DNA of 14,883 bases from an uncultured archaeon (GTDB lineage Archaea > Asgardarchaeota > Lokiarchaeia > Sigyniarchaeales > SOKP01), in contig CAZALK010000032.1 in NCBI GenBank assembly GCA_964486045.1, positions 1,249 through 16,131 on the forward strand, given 5' to 3'. The notes below the pieces were generated by a model. That model saw only the letters and a program-made list of their open reading frames with translations, did no database searches and was not told where the DNA came from. A program made the translations under genes and the position numbers. This document shows positions 1 through 6,940 of the stretch, in pieces (within the stretch, counting starts at the first letter, position 1; each line of letters starts with the position of its first letter).

Positions 1-25
1 ATTCTGTTTTATCCATGATTTTCAC

Positions 26-725
26 CGGTACACCCCCACGTGTGTGGGGACAACGCTATATATTCTGTTTTATCCATGATTTTCACCGGTACACCCCCAC
101 GTGTGTGGGGACAACGATCCTCCAAATATTTCTTTAAACCCACCAGACGGTACACCCCCACGTGTGTGGGGACAACTTATGAATAGAATGAAAGCGGAGT
201 TTAAGTCCCGGTACACCCCCACGTGTGTGGGGACAACTTTATTACCAAGAAAGCCATTACGCTTTATTACGGTACACCCCCACGTGTGTGGGGACAACGT
301 ATTAAACATTACATCGATTACCCCTTTATCCGGTACACCCCCACGTGTGTGGGGACAACGTAAGGGATATAAGATAGGTGATTAACAATCGCGGTACACC
401 CCCACGTGTGTGGGGACAACAAACCAACGATAATTAAACCAATTACTATTTCCGGTACACCCCCACGTGTGTGGGGACAACTTTTAATCGCTTTAGATAT
501 CTACTCCTTATCCCGGTACACCCCCACGTGTGTGGGGACAACACGACATTTTATAATTAAATCTATTTGAGCATCGGTACACCCCCACGTGTGTGGGGAC
601 AACAACTGAGTACGCCAATAAGCTTGATCTTCTTTCGGTACACCCCCACGTGTGTGGGGACAACAATACAGCACCACCATATACCACCCAGATTCCCGGT
701 ACACCCCCACGTGTGTGGGGACAAC
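26..725 (-). CRISPR. Type I-E CRISPR array: 12 identical 29-bp repeats, 11 complete 32-bp spacers and a partial spacer at 1-25; continues beyond the window start
   Basis: Plus-strand repeat CGGTACACCCCCACGTGTGTGGGGACAAC starts at 26, 87, 148, 209, 270, 331, 392, 453, 514, 575, 636 and 697 (exact 61-bp period). The minus-strand form GTTGTCCCCACACACGTGGGGGTGTACCG has a CCCCAC/GTGGGG stem with a 4-nt loop and ends in ACCG, like E. coli-type I-E repeats. The AT-rich leader and cas genes on the right support minus orientation. Confidence 0.99.
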
Positions 726-840
726 ACTTCTTTTTTCTTCCGAATTGATAATTGGGTCAAATCTAGGGAAAATAAAAAAATTTGGTATCTAAGAGTTCTA
801 AGCACGACTATTCTCGTATTTTTATTTTTATGTGCCATTT
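726..840 (-). promoter_or_regulatory. CRISPR leader
   Basis: 115-bp AT-rich segment between the stop of the last cas-operon gene (841) and the first repeat (725). Promoter elements were not identified with confidence. Confidence 0.85.
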
Positions 841-1653
841 CTATATCAATTTTTTCTCTTTTTGTAATAAAAGATAAGCGTACAATGGAGTTAGAGAATC
901 TGTTAAATTATATACCCCGATAGGCTCGATACATTTATTAACTCCATTCTTTCCTTTACCCTTAAAAAGTTCATAATATTCTGAATATTTTCCCTTCGCA
1001 GAATTAACGCGCTCAATTCCTACTTGGATTTTTAAAAATTGTTCCAGTGCCCTTAAATTGGGAAAAAATTCGTTAAGGTCAAGAATTTTTTTTGGAAGTG
1101 TTATGTTTAAACCGAATTCTTTAATTATGTTAGTAAGTATCTTAATATCAAAATTTTTGTTAAATACTATAAGTGTATCAATATCTTCTAAATAAGGGTA
1201 CGCTAATTTTAATAATTTCGGAACGTCTACTTTTTTTCTTGTCATGTTAAATGCTTGAAAAAGCAAAATCGAACTATTTTGTAACACATGATTTTTAAAA
1301 TGTAACTTTGAGATACCAATGATATTGACAAATCCTTCATAAGCTTTAGGTAAGAAATCTGTGGTTTCTATATCCAAACATGCGATTTTATTATTTTTTA
1401 GCAATGAATTATAAATTTCATTATTCTTGTCCAAATAGGATAAAAGTGATTTTGTAATCGTTTCAAGATCATTGATCCATGGTTTTTTCCATAAGTTTTC
1501 TGGTGGATATTCCTTATAAGCAGAAGTACCCATATACTTGGTGCAAAATTGGGAGTCTTCATAGTTAAAAAGAGCTTTTCGAGTAATAAAATTAACTGGG
1601 GTATTTTTTGTATCCCAATCAATTTTAGGTTGTCCAAGCTTTTTTTTTCCCAT
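841..1653 (-). CDS. DEDD-superfamily 3'-5' exonuclease (DEDDy motifs, RNase_H_2/YprB-like); probably the C-terminal portion of a Cas2-exonuclease fusion
   Basis: ExoI CLDIETT (D94, E96), ExoII LIVFNKNFDI (D169), ExoIII YNLTD (Y248, D252), plus LDL, LRALE and GIER segments typical of RNase_H_2-like proteins. The frame stays open 70 codons upstream (to 1863) through Cas2-like sequence. An RBS-like GTGAGGT lies at 1670-1664. Confidence 0.8.
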   Translation of the reverse strand: MGKKKLGQPKIDWDTKNTPVNFITRKALFNYEDSQFCTKYMGTSAYKEYPPENLWKKPWINDLETITKSLLSYLDKNNEIYNSLLKNNKIACLDIETTDFLPKAYEGFVNIIGISKLHFKNHVLQNSSILLFQAFNMTRKKVDVPKLLKLAYPYLEDIDTLIVFNKNFDIKILTNIIKEFGLNITLPKKILDLNEFFPNLRALEQFLKIQVGIERVNSAKGKYSEYYELFKGKGKNGVNKCIEPIGVYNLTDSLTPLYAYLLLQKEKKLI

Positions 1654-1880
1654 AATTTTTATAACCTCACTTTTAGTTTTACTACTTTCCTTGATTTTCT
1701 TTTTCGCATTAATAAATTTCCTATGAGGGTGGGTAATTAATTGTAATCCGTCAAAATCACTTAAACTCCAATTAATGTTACCACTTGTGGAAAGTTTAAA
1801 TTTTTGTTCATTATTAGTAGCTTTTACCCAGATAGCTCCACCTCTATTTTGTTTTTCTTTGATTTAACCCATAATTTTTC
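1654..1880 (-). pseudogene. cas2: cas2 (type I-E) 3' half, 5'-deleted, in frame with the downstream exonuclease
   Basis: Manual translation gives EKLWVK (1880-1863), then after a 1-nt shift IKEKQNRGGAIWVKATNNEQKFKLSTSGNINWSLSDFDGLQLITHP. This matches the I-E Cas2 C-terminal pattern (LW...G.A.....TNNEQ.F.....G......DFDGL.L). There is no start codon and the N-terminal ~35-40 aa are missing. Not in the ORF track. Confidence 0.9.
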
Positions 1881-2131
1881 CCACACCATAAGATTAAACA
1901 ATCATTTTCTACAATGTTTTTAATAGCTGCATTAGTTATACTTGTTCCTGGACCAAGCATAATGATATTCAATGTTGCACAAGGAACTGGAGTCATTCCT
2001 TCTTTATTAAAAATTGCAATAGAATGCCCATCTTGTTTAATTTTTGCATGTTCAATATAGATATAAGATAAACTATCTTTCACTTTTGGTAATTCGTGTA
2101 AATCTTTCACCATATGTCTCTCAAGTTTCAC
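1844..2131 (-). pseudogene. cas1: cas1 (type I-E), N-terminal fragment only
   Basis: DLHELPKVKDSLSYIYIEHAKIKQD...PVPCATLNIIMLGPGTSITNAAI...LWCG is the I-E Cas1 N-terminal beta domain. Similarity ends at WCG (1880), followed by 11 out-of-frame codons and TAG. The catalytic C-terminal domain of a ~300-aa Cas1 is absent. The true start may be the ATG at 2113. Confidence 0.93.
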
Positions 2132-2219
2132 TTTTCTTTTTTGCTTTGGTCGGATTTTTACCGACTGGATGTTATATTATTTCATCACCATTGCAAAGGT
2201 TTTTTCAGTATTCAATTTT

Positions 2220-2921
2220 TTAGTAAGGTCTTGCAAGAGTGATTAATCCGAATCCGAAGCTTTTTCCACTTCCGATGCCTTTTTTCAATGCGGTGACAAA
2301 CTTTTCTTTATTGGCTACCTCCAGTAGTCCTTCGAATACAACTGAATAAAAGGTTAATATATGAGTTTTCTCTCCGACTTTTTTTCTTCCCTGGTATGTA
2401 ATTTGTTCTCGCACACTTGCATTTTGAATATTTTGATTCATCGAGAGTATCTTGAACCCATGCAAGGTTCCCTTTCGGAGTAACCAGTCTATCTGGTCTT
2501 GTTCGTTTACAAGAGGGATGCGGATTCCTTTTTCTTTTTCCTCATCAAATTTTTTTCGAGTAGGATTGGCACGCAATTTAAACCTGAAAACAGCTTTCTT
2601 TATAATTTGTAGTGGTAAATCTTTCAGATTTTTAACTGTAAATCCATCATCGTGATTATTTTTCAATGTATACCATTTAGGTAAGTATGACCAATTAGGT
2701 TCGATATTTGATTGAACTAATAAAAAAACTCTATTACTGTGACTACTTTCCTCAATTCTATATAATATATCAAACTGAGCTCGAGCGCTTTCTTTTTTAT
2801 TTTTTCTTTCATTTTTTTGAGGAAATCCTGTTAACACCGTCTTATGCATCTGATAACAGTTAGCAAGATCTCTTCGCACTTTAACACTTTTGGGGTTTAA
2901 TATAACTTTTGATAAGAAAAT
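2220..2921 (-). CDS. cas6e: Cas6e (Cse3/CasE) crRNA-processing endoribonuclease
   Basis: YQMHKTV, LYRIE, LLVQS, FRFKLRANPTRK, WLLRKG..HGF, VVFEGLLEV and the C-terminal Gly-rich loop GIGSGKSFGFGLITL. The conserved N-terminus (x)FLSKVILNP extends upstream of the ORF-track GTG (2879) to an ATT at 2921. Confidence 0.96.
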   Translation of the reverse strand: MFLSKVILNPKSVKVRRDLANCYQMHKTVLTGFPQKNERKNKKESARAQFDILYRIEESSHSNRVFLLVQSNIEPNWSYLPKWYTLKNNHDDGFTVKNLKDLPLQIIKKAVFRFKLRANPTRKKFDEEKEKGIRIPLVNEQDQIDWLLRKGTLHGFKILSMNQNIQNASVREQITYQGRKKVGEKTHILTFYSVVFEGLLEVANKEKFVTALKKGIGSGKSFGFGLITLARPY

Positions 2922-2938
2922 TCGATATCACCACCTCA

Positions 2939-3640
2939 TTATGATTCTGGGATTTCAACCCAAAACTCAGAAACTCTTCGTGTTCCATACATTCTTGCAG
3001 GATTTGTTTGAATAACATCTTGACGTTGCAAAATTCCCCCACTATCATCAATTAGACACCGTACTCTTTGAGGCTTTTGTAAATAGGGATTCTCACACTC
3101 CCAAGGAATTTTGTATAACGCTTCTTCAATAGATGAATATAAATGTGTTAATTTGTCAAACACCGGTCTAATAGGAAGACAAGATTTTCTTCCAAGATAT
3201 ACAGGCCACTTTGGATGGTGGAACGCATCCTCAATTTTGTGTAAAAGATTTAACGGTCCCGCTACAATTACCAAAAAAGAACCATCTTGAATATACGACT
3301 TATATGTTAATTCCGTTGTTTTTCTTTTGTCATATTTTCCTTCAGCAGTTTTTAATGGTTGTATCATTAATCGATTATTGATATACTGCCATCTTGACAC
3401 TGTATGAAAATCAACCTCAATTTTTCCCGGTTTTTCCACACGAACTCCGATTGTTAATTTCTGTGTGAGTGCTTCTATTCGAGGATCATTTCTTTTATAT
3501 CCCATGGCACAAGCTATCAATCCAATTATCCCACTCTTCGTTGGTTCCATTGCTGTGTCTCGTACATTCCACTTGCCGCGAATACCCCATGATTGCATGG
3601 GTCCCTCTAATCGTAAATGTAATAATGGAATTTTTTCCAT
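2939..3640 (-). CDS. cas5e: Cas5e (CasD) Cascade subunit
   Basis: LRLEGPMQSWG, PTKSGIIGLIACAMG, DFHTV, YIQDGSF, P.WPVYLGRKSC.P motifs; lies between cas7 and cas6e. Confidence 0.97.
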   Translation of the reverse strand: MEKIPLLHLRLEGPMQSWGIRGKWNVRDTAMEPTKSGIIGLIACAMGYKRNDPRIEALTQKLTIGVRVEKPGKIEVDFHTVSRWQYINNRLMIQPLKTAEGKYDKRKTTELTYKSYIQDGSFLVIVAGPLNLLHKIEDAFHHPKWPVYLGRKSCLPIRPVFDKLTHLYSSIEEALYKIPWECENPYLQKPQRVRCLIDDSGGILQRQDVIQTNPARMYGTRRVSEFWVEIPES

Positions 3641-3647
3641 TTGTGAG

Positions 3648-4781
3648 TCACACTACAAGGATTTTTTTAAGCTTTTCTGATAAAGCATTAAAAGTCTCAC
3701 ATTCGATCGTGTTTTCTATTTGAATATCTTGAGTGCAAAACCATAACCTTGATTTTGAGTTTAGACCATATTTTATATTGATATCCTTCACGTAGCCAGA
3801 AAACTTTTCCAAACTTGTCTCAATTAAATCTTTACCCCCTATAGAAACGACGGGCTTGATAAACGCATTTGCATAACTTACAGGTATTTTTTCATCTCTA
3901 ATTTCAATTAGGATAGCATCTGGTAATTGGTGAGCAGCAAAAGTATTTTGTTTACCTGACGGAGTAGTAAATACTGCAGCATTAAGAAATGCTATCACCA
4001 CATCAGCAAGCTCATCCTTTTTTAGTCCAGAAGTATTCATATTTTCGATTAATTCATCAAAATCCAATGAAAAATACTTGTAATAACAAGCAGAATTATA
4101 CTCGACATCTCCGATCATACCCGCTCCTTGAGATTCGATACTTTCCGAAGTACTAATGAGATCATCCACTGCGGTAAAGTAATCAAATTCGTGTTCGATC
4201 TTATTAGTTGATAGAGCATGAGCAACCTGGATTGAAGCCTCAATGTCAGGAAAGGCTTCTGATGTAACCATTCTGCCAAATAACCCCATATCTGGGGTTA
4301 TTGGTTGGAGCCCTTCTTTATCCATTTCCTTCTCAAAATCGAATTTGCTAAGGACTTTCTCTGCCTTATCGAGACTATTAACGTCTCCAATTTGGTTCTT
4401 GAAAAGTTTTGCGAGCTTTTTCAATTCACTAGAAGAGAAGAACATGATCTGTTTAGTAATTAATTTTTCATCAGAACGTGCTTTTTTAGCTCCGAGCCCA
4501 CTTATTACTTTTGCTGCGACTTGTGCAATTTCTTCAGGAACCTCATCTTCGATTAAAAGGTTTTTAACCAACTCAGGGAGTAATCGAGTACGATAACTTT
4601 CTCCCATATTTTCTACCACTTTTCTAAATAGTGGTGAGAAGCGAATAGAACGTTTTATACACTGGCTTGAAATCCGCGCTCTTCGAACACCCCCAAAAAT
4701 ACAACTTTTAGGGCTGCCAGTATCATCTCTATTAAGATTTGAAGGCGCGTGGTTTTGAATAATATGCATTTCTACTAACAT
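3648..4781 (-). CDS. cas7e: Cas7e (Cse4/CasC) Cascade backbone
   Basis: HIIQNHAPSNLNRDDTGSPK, FGGVRRARISSQCIKR, LFGRM, QVAHALST, DYFTAVDD, GAGMIG, PSGKQNTFA motifs; RBS GTGAGGT at 4795-4789. Confidence 0.98.
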   Translation of the reverse strand: MLVEMHIIQNHAPSNLNRDDTGSPKSCIFGGVRRARISSQCIKRSIRFSPLFRKVVENMGESYRTRLLPELVKNLLIEDEVPEEIAQVAAKVISGLGAKKARSDEKLITKQIMFFSSSELKKLAKLFKNQIGDVNSLDKAEKVLSKFDFEKEMDKEGLQPITPDMGLFGRMVTSEAFPDIEASIQVAHALSTNKIEHEFDYFTAVDDLISTSESIESQGAGMIGDVEYNSACYYKYFSLDFDELIENMNTSGLKKDELADVVIAFLNAAVFTTPSGKQNTFAAHQLPDAILIEIRDEKIPVSYANAFIKPVVSIGGKDLIETSLEKFSGYVKDINIKYGLNSKSRLWFCTQDIQIENTIECETFNALSEKLKKILVV

Positions 4782-4832
4782 TTTTTTTACCTCACATTTT
4801 TTTTAATTTTTTTTTTTTTTTAACCTAATTTT

Positions 4833-5378
4833 TTATTCTTTAACTTCGGATCTTAATTCTTGTTCATACTCTGAAAAAAAATCCCGAGCCCACTTTTTTT
4901 GGATAAATCCATTTTCATGGGTCCAATAGATTATATCATTCAACAGTTCCTTCCAATTGATTCCTACATCATTACTCGATGCAAGTCTCACACATTGGCG
5001 GATTCTAAATGCCGTTTCACCACCTCCAGGATATTTATTGTCAATTAGACCGAATTTACTGTTAAGAAGTGACATCATACGCTTTGGAATACTATCTGAT
5101 CTTGTCTTTTGATGCACTCGACGCATAGATTTTCCAAAACTTCCTGAAAAGGGAAGATTATTGAAGCTCATTAGAGTGGCTACTAAAAAATAGATTTCTT
5201 CGTTCCATGGATTATGCAATTGAGGAGGTAATAGCTTAAAAAATACTCCTATTGCCAAACGCGATTCCGCTAAGGTTACACCACTTGCTCTTTTTAAAAT
5301 TGCTTTGTCACCAGTTCTTGCTTTTTTTACTTTTCCAATAAAAGCTTCATGGAACCCATTTCTTTCCTCTTTATTCAA
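4833..5378 (-). CDS. cse2: Cas11e (Cse2/CasB) small subunit
   Basis: 181-aa helical protein between cas8e and cas7, with GDKAILKR, SFGKSM and INWKELLNDIIYW...WARDFF motifs. TTG start preceded by GAGGT (5392-5388). Confidence 0.93.
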   Translation of the reverse strand: MNKEERNGFHEAFIGKVKKARTGDKAILKRASGVTLAESRLAIGVFFKLLPPQLHNPWNEEIYFLVATLMSFNNLPFSGSFGKSMRRVHQKTRSDSIPKRMMSLLNSKFGLIDNKYPGGGETAFRIRQCVRLASSNDVGINWKELLNDIIYWTHENGFIQKKWARDFFSEYEQELRSEVKE

Positions 5379-5380
5379 AT

Positions 5381-6940
5381 TTAATTTACCTCTTTTTTAG
5401 ATTTTTTATTTCTTTTTTTTTCTTCTTTTTTTGGAAATAACGTACTAATTAATCTCTTCATGAAAAAATCCATAGTTTCCACCTTTCTCTTGAGAAAAGT
5501 CGCACTCGTTTCCATTTCACCTAGAAAACGCTCTAATACATCTTTTGCTATGTTTCTCAACGTTAATCTCCAACTTTCTTGTAATTGTCCTCGAGCATTA
5601 ATATCCTCCTTATTTTGTTTTTCTAACTCAACTAAAAAATCTTCTTTAAAACTCTTTTCTAATAATCCCCAATATTCAGCAATTATCAGAGATTTTAGGT
5701 TTGCATTAATTGTGTTATTGTTTTGAGCAAAAAATTTAATTGTACTAAAAAGGATTCTCTCTACTATATTTGCAAGGTCTATTGCTGGTTGGACTTGAAT
5801 CTCTAAATAAGGATCCATAAAGATCTTTAGGGGAAGAGAGAGCGTTTCAGTGTACCATTCAAGAAATTTTGCTTGATCTGTTCGAACACCATATGCTTGG
5901 ATAATTAAAGATTCTCGCTCAGAGAAAGATTTATGTTGGTTTAATCCTTTAAATTGTTTTACGACAATAGGTATTTCATAAGGAGTGTTAACTGTATCTT
6001 CTGAAATTAACATGAGTGGTCCAATATCTCTCCACAGACTTTTTCCTTTATAGGGAATAAGAGGCATCCACCCTTTCTTACCTTGTTTGTATGATACATG
6101 TGGATCCATCCAGCTACCTTCAAATTTCCAAGCCTGTTCGAATTCGATTTCTGAAACTAGTATATCTGATTCTTTTCCCGAATAAGTACAAATGCCTTTC
6201 TCCCCAGGATATAAAAATATATATCGAGGAAGCCATGTTAGTCCTTGGAGGGTTGAAGTTTGCTGAACAGGTGTATCTTTAATATTATCGGTTTCTTTCC
6301 ATAATATAGGAGCTTCATTATCATTTATTTCAACATAAATTCCAGTACAGTTCAAGATGATGGTTTCGAATAGGGTTTTCCCCCTAATTAAGATGTACCA
6401 CGGAGGTCTTCCATTTATACTAGCTGTGTAGCCGCGTCCTCCGATAGTAGTAAATGGTGTAAGGGTGCATAAAGCCTTTGCGCACACAGCAGGAGATATT
6501 GCATGTTCATCTTCGAACTTGTGATAAAAATGGATTATATTATTACCCGATGGTAAAAATTGAAACAATATCGAGATGGATTTTTTCTTGTTTTTCTCCT
6601 TGATCATTGGATTTTGGTAAAAAGGATTATTTTCACTGAATAAATAAAATTTATTATAATATTCAGTACAATATGATTCAATTATGGTCGATGGTAGATA
6701 GCCTTTATCTAAGATTTCCTCGATACTTTCAACGGTGCTTATATTCATCATGTCAGAAACAAACGCAATTAAAAACCGGTAGATTCCATATTCCATTAGT
6801 AATGAACCATCTACTATCCGCAAAAGGTTATGTGCTTCTAAAAGAAGCTGTTTGACGCTAATTATGTTTCGAGTGTTATCAAGCCCAATTACTTCAATCC
6901 AATTTTCTTCCAATAGATTATAATTATCATTCATTTTCAT
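5381..6940 (-). CDS. cse1: Cas8e (Cse1/CasA) large subunit
   Basis: YNLLEENWIEV, FYLFSENNPFYQ, SGNN..HF, G.TLFETI.LN, TWLPR.I.L, DPH and LWRD motifs. The start overlaps the cas3 stop; the exact start (6943 TTG, 6940 ATG or 6934 ATG) is uncertain. Confidence 0.95.
   Translation of the reverse strand: MKMNDNYNLLEENWIEVIGLDNTRNIISVKQLLLEAHNLLRIVDGSLLMEYGIYRFLIAFVSDMMNISTVESIEEILDKGYLPSTIIESYCTEYYNKFYLFSENNPFYQNPMIKEKNKKKSISILFQFLPSGNNIIHFYHKFEDEHAISPAVCAKALCTLTPFTTIGGRGYTASINGRPPWYILIRGKTLFETIILNCTGIYVEINDNEAPILWKETDNIKDTPVQQTSTLQGLTWLPRYIFLYPGEKGICTYSGKESDILVSEIEFEQAWKFEGSWMDPHVSYKQGKKGWMPLIPYKGKSLWRDIGPLMLISEDTVNTPYEIPIVVKQFKGLNQHKSFSERESLIIQAYGVRTDQAKFLEWYTETLSLPLKIFMDPYLEIQVQPAIDLANIVERILFSTIKFFAQNNNTINANLKSLIIAEYWGLLEKSFKEDFLVELEKQNKEDINARGQLQESWRLTLRNIAKDVLERFLGEMETSATFLKRKVETMDFFMKRLISTLFPKKEEKKRNKKSKKEVN

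Noticed and set aside
70-923. ORFs 70-309, 101-385, 501-710, 563-838 and 567-923
   Set aside because: They are translations through CRISPR repeats and leader (recurring SPHTWGC/PTHVGVY/TPPRVWGQ), not genes.
841-1653. Calling the 270-aa ORF Cas4 or a canonical DnaQ/DEDDh
   Set aside because: It lacks the four-Cys Fe-S cluster and RecB motifs of Cas4, and its ExoIII motif is YxxxD rather than HxxxxD.
2148-2168. Small hairpin GTCGG-N7-CCGAC between cas6e and cas1 as a terminator or degenerate repeat
   Set aside because: Short stem, no U-tract on the coding strand, and no similarity to the CRISPR repeat.
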